Shown here piece by piece: positions 1 to 7,956 of a stretch of 64,000 bases of DNA (its first letter is position 1; each line of letters starts with the position of its first letter). The DNA lies in IMG/VR virus record IMGVR_UViG_3300031952_000001, positions 1 to 64,000 of that record. The stretch is one strand, 5' to 3'. The notes beneath the pieces were generated by a model, which searched no databases, was not told the origin of the DNA, and saw only the letters and a program-made list of their open reading frames with translations. Both the position numbers and the translations under genes were made by a program.

Positions 1-1
1 C

Positions 2-175
2 GACGACGTCTCCGAGAAGGATCGTCTCGCGGCGGGCCCCATGCTGGAGGAGATCAAGGACCTCGACGCCGGGCAGCCGCTCACGCGGGCGGACTTGGAG
101 TACATCCAGGGCCACGGCTTCTACAAGTCCGTGAAGAACTGGGCGCTGACGACCCACGCAGAGCGCTGGAGCTAG
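2..175 (+). CDS. 3' end of a hypothetical protein truncated by the window edge
   Basis: Open frame from base 2 with GC-rich third positions (DDVSEKDRLAAGPMLEEIKDLD...WS), TAG at 173-175. Confidence 0.7.
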   Translation, partial: DDVSEKDRLAAGPMLEEIKDLDAGQPLTRADLEYIQGHGFYKSVKNWALTTHAERWS

Positions 176-195
176 TTCTTCGGCCCTCTTCACAC

Positions 196-227
196 TTTAA
201 AAAATCGAAGTCGTTTCGTGGTACTCT
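196..227 (+). promoter_or_regulatory. Putative phage late promoter, copy 1 (TTTAAAAAATC-N15-TACTCT)
   Basis: Intergenic; same 11-mer and identical 15-nt spacing to a TAnnCT box as at 7878-7909. Confidence 0.6.
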
Positions 228-264
228 GAGACAGACGGGACTCGTCTACTTTGCGAGGTGATTC

Positions 265-720
265 ATGGGTAGAATGCGGCATAGGGTGGTCGAGGTCGAG
301 CTGGCGGACGGAGAAGAAATCCGCATCACGGATGCTCCCAACAGCGACCCCTTGAGGAACCTGACCATCACGGTGGCCCCTCTGTACGACGGGCCCCTCG
401 TTCCCGCTGGCGGCGGCAACGTCGTGTGCAAGATCTTCTACGGGGGAGGCTACGCCCAGCCGGCCGCGGTGTTCGGGCCGAACTACGAGACGGGCGTCCA
501 GCAGGGCGGTGTCGTGAATCTCGCGTCCGGATCCGCCCTTCCGCGTCGGATCTACACGGACACGGGCATCTGCACTCCGGACCGGTGGAGGGACGGCACC
601 ACGGTTCGCGAGGATGCGAACCTCGCGAGGGCGCTGCACCTGTACAACAACACGGGCGGCGGTTTTACGTTCCGCTGCAAGGTCATGTTCGACTCCGAGG
701 AGCTGAACGAGGCCACCTAG
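265..720 (+). CDS. Hypothetical protein (151 aa, beta-rich)
   Basis: ORF with GAGGTG RBS and host-like codon usage. Confidence 0.75.
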   Translation: MGRMRHRVVEVELADGEEIRITDAPNSDPLRNLTITVAPLYDGPLVPAGGGNVVCKIFYGGGYAQPAAVFGPNYETGVQQGGVVNLASGSALPRRIYTDTGICTPDRWRDGTTVREDANLARALHLYNNTGGGFTFRCKVMFDSEELNEAT

Positions 721-731
721 AGGAGGACCCC

Positions 732-1115
732 ATGCAAGAGTTTCTCGACATCCTGGTTCAGTACGGTCCGTACATCGGGCTCGCGGTCATCGTCGCCGGA
801 ATCGTGCAGTCCTTGAAGCTCGCCTTCAAGAAGTTCTTCACGCAGACCACCGTGGGGATGCGGCTGATGCCCTTCATTCCGTTGGTGCTCGGCATGGTCG
901 GCGGGCTCGTTCTCCCGCAGGAGACCCTCGCGTCGAAGCTGATGGTGGGTGGTGCCTTGGGGACGATGTCGTCGGTGATCTACAACGTCATCACGCGCAC
1001 GTTCGCGAGAGGGACCACCCTCCAGCAGAAGATCGATACGAAGATCGGCAACGGGGCGTCCACTTCGGTAGAGCCTATGGAGCCCCCAGCAGGCCCTGAG
1101 GGCGAAGTGAAATGA
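732..1115 (+). CDS. Holin-like membrane protein (127 aa)
   Basis: AGGAGG RBS before ATG 732; about three hydrophobic helices and a charged C-terminal tail; precedes a spanin-like pair. Confidence 0.6.
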   Translation: MQEFLDILVQYGPYIGLAVIVAGIVQSLKLAFKKFFTQTTVGMRLMPFIPLVLGMVGGLVLPQETLASKLMVGGALGTMSSVIYNVITRTFARGTTLQQKIDTKIGNGASTSVEPMEPPAGPEGEVK

Positions 1116-1477
1116 AGACCCTGGGGAAGATCTGGGCGTGGGTGAAAGCCCACTGGAAGTGGGCCGTCGCCGGCCTGGCGGTGGTCGTCGCGCTCATCGT
1201 GGGTGCGCGCATCGCGAAGGGGCAGGTAGGCCCTCCGCCCATCCCGGAGAAGACCCAGAAGCGCAAGGAGAAGGTCGCCTTCTTGCAGGGTGAGATCAGC
1301 CAGCTCGAAGGTCAGAAGACCGGCATCAAGGCGAAGGAGACCGCGGCCGAGGGCGAGATCGAGGACCTCACCAACCAGGTCACGGAGCTGGACGGGAAGA
1401 TCGCTGTTGCCCGAGCAGAGGTCCCAACACTCTCTGCCGAGGAGAAGCTGAAGCGGTTCAAGGAGCTGGGGTACTGA
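1112..1477 (+). CDS. i-spanin-like protein (N-terminal TM helix + coiled coil)
   Basis: WKWAVAGLAVVVALIVGA TM segment followed by heptad coiled coil; ATGA overlap with the holin. Confidence 0.5.
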   Translation: MKTLGKIWAWVKAHWKWAVAGLAVVVALIVGARIAKGQVGPPPIPEKTQKRKEKVAFLQGEISQLEGQKTGIKAKETAAEGEIEDLTNQVTELDGKIAVARAEVPTLSAEEKLKRFKELGY

Positions 1478-1926
1478 TGCGGTGGTTCATTCTCACGATC
1501 TTCGTGGTCCTCCTGGCGGCGCTGCCGGCGCACGCGCAGGACAGCGGCAGCGTCGTCCTCGTGAACAAGGGTGTGACCGGCTTCTGGTTCCCTGAGCCTG
1601 TCGCGACGAAGATGCTCCAGGACCTCGCAGAGCTTCCGCTGCTCCGGACGAAGGTTGCTGCGCTGGAGCTGAAGGTCTCTCGGATGGAGGATCTGAATCT
1701 GCTGATGAAGGACGAGCGCTCTGTCACCGAGCAGATCAGCGCGAAGTGGAAGATGGCGTTCGACGAGCAGTTGAAGATCACGCAGGAGCAGCAGGCCTAC
1801 TACGAGGAGCAGCTCGCGCGTGAGAAGAAGTGGTACAAGTCGCCGGTCCTGTGGTTCAGCGTCGGGGTGATCGCAACGGCTGCGCTTGCCATCGGGCTGA
1901 ACTACGGACTCGCAAAGACACGATAG
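1477..1926 (+). CDS. Secreted coiled-coil protein with C-terminal TM anchor (spanin-partner-like)
   Basis: Signal peptide ending AHA|Q, coiled coil, C-terminal WYKSPVLWFSVGVIATAALAIG; no Cys; TGATG coupling. Confidence 0.5.
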   Translation: MRWFILTIFVVLLAALPAHAQDSGSVVLVNKGVTGFWFPEPVATKMLQDLAELPLLRTKVAALELKVSRMEDLNLLMKDERSVTEQISAKWKMAFDEQLKITQEQQAYYEEQLAREKKWYKSPVLWFSVGVIATAALAIGLNYGLAKTR

Positions 1927-1935
1927 GAGATTCCC

Positions 1936-2316
1936 ATGGCGGTTCTCAACATTCTCGGCAAGATGACGTTCCCGGGCTCGCCCAGCGGAGCGAACAACCC
2001 AGTGATGATCGGCGCTCCGACGGTGCCGGCTACCTCGACGACGGGGTTCTCGCTGAACTACAACGAGACCGCGCAGTTCGAGTACGTGGTTCCCGCGGCG
2101 GGCACGCGCGTGGTGAACTTCGGCTCCATCGCGACGGGGAAGTTCCTGTACATCGGCACGGACCAGCCGATCACGTACACGATGAACGGCGGCGTGGAGG
2201 TCTTCTCCTTGTCAGCCGGCGGCTTCCTGCTGATCGCAATGGGGAGCCTCTCTGCGCTGACGATCATCGCAGGGGCGCAGGAGGCCCGCGTCTTCGTGCT
2301 GGTGCTGGGAGACTAG
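1936..2316 (+). CDS. Putative small virion structural protein
   Basis: Beta-rich, Gly/Thr/Ala-rich 126 aa; GGAG RBS; sits in the structural cluster. Confidence 0.55.
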   Translation: MAVLNILGKMTFPGSPSGANNPVMIGAPTVPATSTTGFSLNYNETAQFEYVVPAAGTRVVNFGSIATGKFLYIGTDQPITYTMNGGVEVFSLSAGGFLLIAMGSLSALTIIAGAQEARVFVLVLGD

Positions 2317-2319
2317 ACC

Positions 2320-3228
2320 GTGATCATCCAGCCGGGAGTAGAGCAGCCTTCGGTTGCGAGCATGATCGAGCTTGCTCGGACGAACTCGGTTCGCCGGGTG
2401 GACATCGAGCTGCAAGACTCGACCGGGGCCCTTGTCGACATCGACGCCACCCCGGGACCCGGAGGGGAGCCGAACGGCGTTCTCGACCTGGAGATCACCG
2501 ACGTCGGCGGGATGTCGATCTACAAGGAGTCGTACTACCCCCCGACGCTAAGCGTGCTGGAGCCGAGGATCAAGAAGGCCGCTCCCGGCAGGTACTACAT
2601 CGATCTCGGCAAGGTTCCTCACGAGACGGACAACCCGCAGGCGCTGCTCTTCAACTGGCACTCTCGACAGTCCCTCCTTTCCGAGGAGGTCTACCGCACC
2701 CAGGTCGTCGAGGTGGTGTCTCCGAGGATCCTGTCCCTGCTCCCGTCTCTCCGGTTGCTGATCGACAAGACCGTCAAGCCGAACCTCCCGGAGAAATACT
2801 GCTTCATCGGATACACTGACGGGATGCTGATTCTTTTTCTCAAGATGGGTCTTTCAAAAATAAACGAGTACGAGCCGTACCCTGTCTGGGGGCACATCGA
2901 TCACTTCCCCATCGAGCTGTACTCGAACATCCTCCTGCGGGCTGCTCTGTTCCAAGGCATCACGAGCCAGACGCTCTTCTCCATCGATACGGACGTTCCG
3001 CAGTTCTCGGACTCCGGGCATAGTTTCGTCCTTCAGCACGCGACTCCGTTGGCGGCGTTCCTGGACCGACTGCGTGACGAGCTGGACAAGAGCGTGCCCA
3101 ACCTGAAGCGCAAATTCGTAAACAGCGGCACAATATCTATCGAGATGCGATGCGACCTTGCGTTCAGCATGATGCTTTCATCGGCTCCCTATGGATCTTT
3201 GTTCCGAAACCTTTGGGCTGCGATGTAA
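2320..3228 (+). CDS. Putative head-tail adaptor/neck protein
   Basis: 302 aa, N-terminal beta domain plus C-terminal helical domain; position upstream of neck and sheath genes; function inferred from synteny. Confidence 0.45.
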   Translation: MIIQPGVEQPSVASMIELARTNSVRRVDIELQDSTGALVDIDATPGPGGEPNGVLDLEITDVGGMSIYKESYYPPTLSVLEPRIKKAAPGRYYIDLGKVPHETDNPQALLFNWHSRQSLLSEEVYRTQVVEVVSPRILSLLPSLRLLIDKTVKPNLPEKYCFIGYTDGMLILFLKMGLSKINEYEPYPVWGHIDHFPIELYSNILLRAALFQGITSQTLFSIDTDVPQFSDSGHSFVLQHATPLAAFLDRLRDELDKSVPNLKRKFVNSGTISIEMRCDLAFSMMLSSAPYGSLFRNLWAAM

Positions 3229-3257
3229 TAGTTGTTCGATTGGTACTTATGGGTCTC

Positions 3258-3285
3258 TTGACATCGTTCTTTTGATGGTTACATT
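3258..3285 (+). promoter_or_regulatory. sigma70-type promoter upstream of HNH gene (TTGACA-N16-TACATT)
   Basis: Consensus -35 and near-consensus -10 in an AT-rich intergenic region. Confidence 0.5.
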
Positions 3286-3292
3286 AGAGGTC

Positions 3293-4192
3293 ATGGAAGA
3301 CGAACAGAAAAAAGACGACCTTCGAGTGTGCCGGAAGTGCGGGGAACCCAAGGACCTCTCCCAATTCGGAGTGAATCGGCGTACTCAAGACGGTATCCAG
3401 AATTTCTGCAAAACCTGCGTACAGGCCAAGAGCAAAAGGCAATATTACAATACCAATGCGGACAGGCCTCGCCGGTCTCCGAAGCTGAGCGATGAGGAGC
3501 TTTCTCGCAGAAATGCGGCTCGTGCGAAGCGCTGGCGTGAGGAAAAGGGTGAGGTTCTCAACGAGGAGCGGAGGGCCTACTACGAGGCGCACAAAGAAGA
3601 AGTGCGAGGGTCTCAGCAGCGCTACTATCTCCGGAACAAAGAATATTTCCAGGAGCGGAATAAAGAATGGCGTGAAGCTCACAAAGAAGAGCATCGGGAG
3701 AAAAATGCGGAATGGCGGGCTGCGCACCCAGGGTATCGATCTCCGGGAACGCAAGGAAAGACCCTGGAGGGTATAGATCCTGCGTTGAAACGCAACATGC
3801 AGTGCTCTCCGACTGAAAGAAAGAGACGGTACGCAAAGGTTGCTGCGAAGAGCGATCCTGCTACGCACTTGAGGGGTGTTCTGCGGGTTCGGATTAACCA
3901 TGCTCTGCGCTCAGGAAAGAAAACCGGCTCCGCCGTTCGTGATCTCGGCTGCACCGTTGAGGAGCTGAAGACGTACCTGGAGTCCAAGTTCCGCCCACAC
4001 CCGGAGACTGGCGAACTCATGACGTGGCAGAACCACACGACGGATGGCTGGCACATCGATCACATCGTGCCGTTGTCGAGCTTCGACTTGACCGATCCTG
4101 AACAGTTCCGGAAGGCGTGCCACTACACGAATCTCCAGCCGCTCTGGTGGCATGAGAACCTTCAGAAGAGCGCGAAGGTCGAGGCCGCCTGA
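3293..4192 (+). CDS. Freestanding HNH endonuclease with N-terminal CxxC zinc motifs
   Basis: CRKC...FCKTC; C-terminal GWHIDHIVPLS...CHYTNLQPLWWHENLQK HNH motif; start could also be ATG 3275. Confidence 0.85.
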   Translation: MEDEQKKDDLRVCRKCGEPKDLSQFGVNRRTQDGIQNFCKTCVQAKSKRQYYNTNADRPRRSPKLSDEELSRRNAARAKRWREEKGEVLNEERRAYYEAHKEEVRGSQQRYYLRNKEYFQERNKEWREAHKEEHREKNAEWRAAHPGYRSPGTQGKTLEGIDPALKRNMQCSPTERKRRYAKVAAKSDPATHLRGVLRVRINHALRSGKKTGSAVRDLGCTVEELKTYLESKFRPHPETGELMTWQNHTTDGWHIDHIVPLSSFDLTDPEQFRKACHYTNLQPLWWHENLQKSAKVEAA

Positions 4193-4446
4193 TGGAAAAA
4201 GAATTGGTATGCGATTTGTTCGACGAATCCGCGCCCGAGAACGAATCCTTGGCGCGTCTCGTCGATGACGGTCTGTGGCAGGAGCTGATCTCCAAGGCCG
4301 AGAGGATCGAGCCGCCGAAGGTTCTCGAAGAGGACAGGGGCTTCGCGATGGATGGATCTCAGAGGAAGGAGCCTTCCGCCGGCCAGGAAGAGGATGCCGC
4401 AGATCCTCTCGCGGCGCTCGTCCAAGAGCTGATCGAGGGCGTGTAG
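4192..4446 (+). CDS. Small acidic hypothetical protein
   Basis: TGATG overlap with the HNH stop; fills the gap to the next gene. Confidence 0.6.
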   Translation: MEKELVCDLFDESAPENESLARLVDDGLWQELISKAERIEPPKVLEEDRGFAMDGSQRKEPSAGQEEDAADPLAALVQELIEGV

Positions 4447-4447
4447 C

Positions 4448-5476
4448 ATGGTTGAGACCACACAGCGCGGCTGCAAGGTCCCGGGCTCCAACATGGCCGT
4501 CGGCTACTGGGGCCGGGACATCCACGCGCAAGTCTTCGCCGAGCAGCAGCTGGGCAAAGAGCGCGCGTTGCTCCAGGAGCAGATCCTCCTCGGCGGCCTC
4601 CGCATGGAGTTGTGGCAGGAGGCCCCTGCCGGGCCCGTGTGCGCCTGCTACAACACGATCAACCTGATGGCGGACCGGAAGTGCATGGCCTGCCACGGGG
4701 TCGGCAGGGTGCCCGGGTACCTGAAGTTCGGGTACAACACGCTGTGGATGTCGGCCTCGGACCCGGACAACATGCTCACGGACCTCCGCCTCACCCGGAA
4801 CTACCAGTCCTCGAAGCTGGAGTTGGTCGACGGTGCGCTCGTGGGGACCGTCGAGAGTGCTGACAAGCCCTTCTCCAGGACGGTGTTCGGGGCTACGTGG
4901 GGTACAAGTGTCCAGTGCTACCTGATGGAGTCGGACTACTCCTCCATCACGGTGGAATACTCGCTCGACGCTGGGGTGATCTGGGCGGCGCTGTCGAACC
5001 TGCCGGCGGAGGTTGCGCAGACGGGCATGATCCGCTTCCGGGCGACCCTGACCCGTACCGAGACCGCGGCGCGCTCGCCGTTGTTCGAGATGCTCAGTGC
5101 GCGGTACGCGACGATCCCTCTGGCGAATCCCGACGTGAACGGCGTGTACCGGAAGGGTCCTTGGATCCTCATCATGCGCGAGCCTCCGTCGACCGGTCAC
5201 CGCAAGCAGGACTACGGCGACCAGCCCATCGAAGAGGGCTTGGAGATGTGGACCGCGGGGTTGTCGATGTTCGACGCTGCGATCCCGGCCGGGAGCATGG
5301 GCGAGGTGATCAAGGGGCCTGAGGTCCTGATGCAGCTCCTCGACGGTGCTCGCGTGGGCAACAGGTACATGGCGACGGCTTGGAAAAACTCGGACCCGAT
5401 GGCGTACATCCTTGTGTCGCAGACGTTCAAGATGCGCATCACCGATGACGTCGATCCGATGAAGTTGGTGTGGTAG
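4448..5476 (+). CDS. Neck/head-closure protein
   Basis: CACY...CMACHGVG cysteine motif like neck proteins of large myoviruses; upstream of the sheath. Confidence 0.6.
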   Translation: MVETTQRGCKVPGSNMAVGYWGRDIHAQVFAEQQLGKERALLQEQILLGGLRMELWQEAPAGPVCACYNTINLMADRKCMACHGVGRVPGYLKFGYNTLWMSASDPDNMLTDLRLTRNYQSSKLELVDGALVGTVESADKPFSRTVFGATWGTSVQCYLMESDYSSITVEYSLDAGVIWAALSNLPAEVAQTGMIRFRATLTRTETAARSPLFEMLSARYATIPLANPDVNGVYRKGPWILIMREPPSTGHRKQDYGDQPIEEGLEMWTAGLSMFDAAIPAGSMGEVIKGPEVLMQLLDGARVGNRYMATAWKNSDPMAYILVSQTFKMRITDDVDPMKLVW

Positions 5477-5485
5477 GAGAAGGTC

Positions 5486-5980
5486 ATGAAAAAAGGCATC
5501 ACCCCAGAGGCAGCTCAGCGACTGGAGGCGTTCCTTCAGAAGAGGGCGCAGCAAGGTTACAACCCGGAGGATTGGAGCCCGGCTGACTCCGTGGAGGACA
5601 TCCTCTCTGGTCCGGCGGGTGTGGCCCTTCTTCGAGCTTTTTCCACTCCCGTGGCATCCCTGGAGAACGACGTGATCGGGATTCTCGATAGTGCTTACGA
5701 TCTTTCCAACCAAGAGATTGAAGCAAGTCTCCAGAAGGGTATCGACGGGGCGGGCGCAGCCGTTTCCGCAGAAGGTTTTTCGATTCCAGATCCTGCGGTT
5801 TGGGAGGGGCTGAAGCAGGGTTACGCTGACATGTACAGCACTGTTCTTGGGGAGCTTCGACAAAAGATCTATGACGCTTTTGATAACGCGGCAGCCAATC
5901 TTGCGTATGCGTACCAAGATGCTGCCCTTCAGGAGTTCAAGAAGGCTGCCGCGGGCACGCCTGGGGGGATGGTACCATGA
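5486..5980 (+). CDS. Hypothetical helical protein
   Basis: GGAG RBS; ORF fills the space between neighbours. Confidence 0.65.
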   Translation: MKKGITPEAAQRLEAFLQKRAQQGYNPEDWSPADSVEDILSGPAGVALLRAFSTPVASLENDVIGILDSAYDLSNQEIEASLQKGIDGAGAAVSAEGFSIPDPAVWEGLKQGYADMYSTVLGELRQKIYDAFDNAAANLAYAYQDAALQEFKKAAAGTPGGMVP

Positions 5981-6687
5981 GACGCAACGCTGGCGGGATC
6001 ACGGACGATGGCTTCAGCCGGCTCGCGTCTTTCGTGCAGGCCAAGGAAGAGGACAAGCCCGAGGAGGAGAAGGACTCGGACGAGGGTGGATCGGACAAGG
6101 ACATCAAGCAGGAGCTGGTCGAGTTCCTCAAGGACAATCCGAACCCCGAGGACGAGCTGGTCCACGAGTGGGCCGAGGAGAACGGCTACGAGGTGGACGA
6201 CATCGAGGCCCTCCTGTACGAGCTTGCCACGGACTACGTGGAGTCGAACGATCCGGACTCGGAGGACCTGATCCCCGGCGGCAAGGCCGACGATGTTCCC
6301 GACGAGGACCTCCCGATGGAGCAGATCCTGAAGGGGATCAAGGTCGAGATGGAGCACACGGACGACCCGGACCTCGCGAAGGAAATCGCGTCCGATCATA
6401 TTGAAGAATTTCCGGATGGGGATTACTACGACGCTCTGGCGGACATGGAAGACGAGCTGAAGAAGGAAGGCCGGCTCCCGGGCTGGCCGTCCTCGAAGCC
6501 TTCCGGCTGGGGCTGGCGCGAGGAGATCGCCCCTCCTCGGTGGACCCCCGAGATGGAGAGAGCGGAGGAACCCGACCCACGCGAAGGGTTTGGATCCTGT
6601 CCTGGATGCGGTCAGGATGTTCCTGATCTCCCGGAGGGGGAGCTGTGCGACGTGTGTGACCGTAAGACTCGGAACATGCAGGAGTAG
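5977..6687 (+). CDS. Acidic protein with DUF5661-like motif
   Basis: GIKVEMEHTDDPDLAKEIASDHIEEFPDGDYYDALADME resembles the G-x-x-VE-x-EH...DH...YY-x-x-L-x-x-ME motif (from memory); C-terminal CxxC/CxxC. Confidence 0.55.
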   Translation: MRRNAGGITDDGFSRLASFVQAKEEDKPEEEKDSDEGGSDKDIKQELVEFLKDNPNPEDELVHEWAEENGYEVDDIEALLYELATDYVESNDPDSEDLIPGGKADDVPDEDLPMEQILKGIKVEMEHTDDPDLAKEIASDHIEEFPDGDYYDALADMEDELKKEGRLPGWPSSKPSGWGWREEIAPPRWTPEMERAEEPDPREGFGSCPGCGQDVPDLPEGELCDVCDRKTRNMQE

Positions 6688-6690
6688 CCC

Positions 6691-7854
6691 GTGCCGCAGA
6701 ACGACTTCTCAGGACCGCGCGAGTACCGTGGGACCATCCCACGGGACCCCCGCAACCCGCCGCGTTTCGGTCAGCTGATCGAGACGGTGAAGGACGCCTT
6801 CGCCGCGGAGCTGTACCGGTTCTTCGAGTCCAAGTCGGACGACATCCGGGCGAAGCTGGGCGAGTTCCCTGCCATCGAGAAGTTCGCTATCGGTGCCGGC
6901 AGCACCTCGTCGAGCATGGAAACCGTGATGAACCTCATCATGTCCTACGGGAACACCCTGGACAAGTACCCGATGATCGCCATCACCTCCGCCAACGACA
7001 AGGAGTTCGTCCTCGGGCTGGGATCGACCATCGTTTGCGACGGGCAGCAGGCTCCGCGGCTGACAGGTGGCGAGGGCCCCTTCAACCTTCAGGATGGCTG
7101 GACGCTCAGGATCCGGACGTGGCCTCTCGGCCTTGATGGCGATCCGGTGGAGTCGACCTACGAGTTCAAGGACTTCCTGTTCCCGGACATCGCCAACGCC
7201 ACGGTGCAGGACGTCATCCAAGCCATCAACGCGCAGGCGCTGTACACCCAGGCTCGGGAGTCTGGTAACGGGTTTCTCCAGATCGTTTCTGGAGGTCCTT
7301 GCGCTTCGGGGGCGAAGAACGGTCTGGAGATCATCGGAGGCACGCCTGACTGCCTCCTGGCGCTCGGCTACTCCGAGGGGCAGATCGACCTGTACACCGA
7401 CCACACGTCAGGCTCAGCGTCCCCTGTGCAGCGCTACGGCGTGGCCGGGAAGATGACGATCAACTTGGACGTGATCTCTGACGACATGAACACGAGGACT
7501 CAGCTCGCGGATCTCGTGAGAGCTTTTTTCACCTTCTACGTGGATCGCCAGTATTTTCAGTTCCAAGGGCGGTCGTACCTGGACGATTCGATAGACCCTC
7601 CTGAATGGTACCAGATCGTGCTGGACCGGAAGTTCTCGTGGGCCGGCGAGTACCAGCGGGCCCGCCAGGGCGGTGAGCAGAAGTCCTACCTGTACTCGAT
7701 CCGGGGTGCTGTTCCGGTCTTTGCGGCGGACTTCATCGACCGTCAGGTGAACCGCGGTACCGCAACATTTGTCCAGTCCCAGGGTCTCATCCACAAGGAA
7801 GATTTTCCCACGGGAGACTACTTCGGGGTCAATTACCTGAAGCTCGGCCAGTAG
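6691..7854 (+). CDS. Putative tail completion/terminator protein
   Basis: 387 aa immediately upstream of the sheath; contains an inserted beta domain also seen in the sheath. Confidence 0.5.
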   Translation: MPQNDFSGPREYRGTIPRDPRNPPRFGQLIETVKDAFAAELYRFFESKSDDIRAKLGEFPAIEKFAIGAGSTSSSMETVMNLIMSYGNTLDKYPMIAITSANDKEFVLGLGSTIVCDGQQAPRLTGGEGPFNLQDGWTLRIRTWPLGLDGDPVESTYEFKDFLFPDIANATVQDVIQAINAQALYTQARESGNGFLQIVSGGPCASGAKNGLEIIGGTPDCLLALGYSEGQIDLYTDHTSGSASPVQRYGVAGKMTINLDVISDDMNTRTQLADLVRAFFTFYVDRQYFQFQGRSYLDDSIDPPEWYQIVLDRKFSWAGEYQRARQGGEQKSYLYSIRGAVPVFAADFIDRQVNRGTATFVQSQGLIHKEDFPTGDYFGVNYLKLGQ

Positions 7855-7877
7855 GCTCTCCAGTCCTTCGACTTCGT

Positions 7878-7909
7878 TTTAAAAAATCCGACAGCTCCCA
7901 CGGTATACT
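7878..7909 (+). promoter_or_regulatory. Putative phage late promoter, copy 2 (TTTAAAAAATC-N15-TATACT)
   Basis: Intergenic, directly upstream of the sheath; matches 196-227 in motif and spacing, both with GG before the -10 box. Confidence 0.6.
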
Positions 7910-7956
7910 AGCCTCACGACAGAGGCCTTTCACCACCTCCAGGGAGGTTTTCTACG

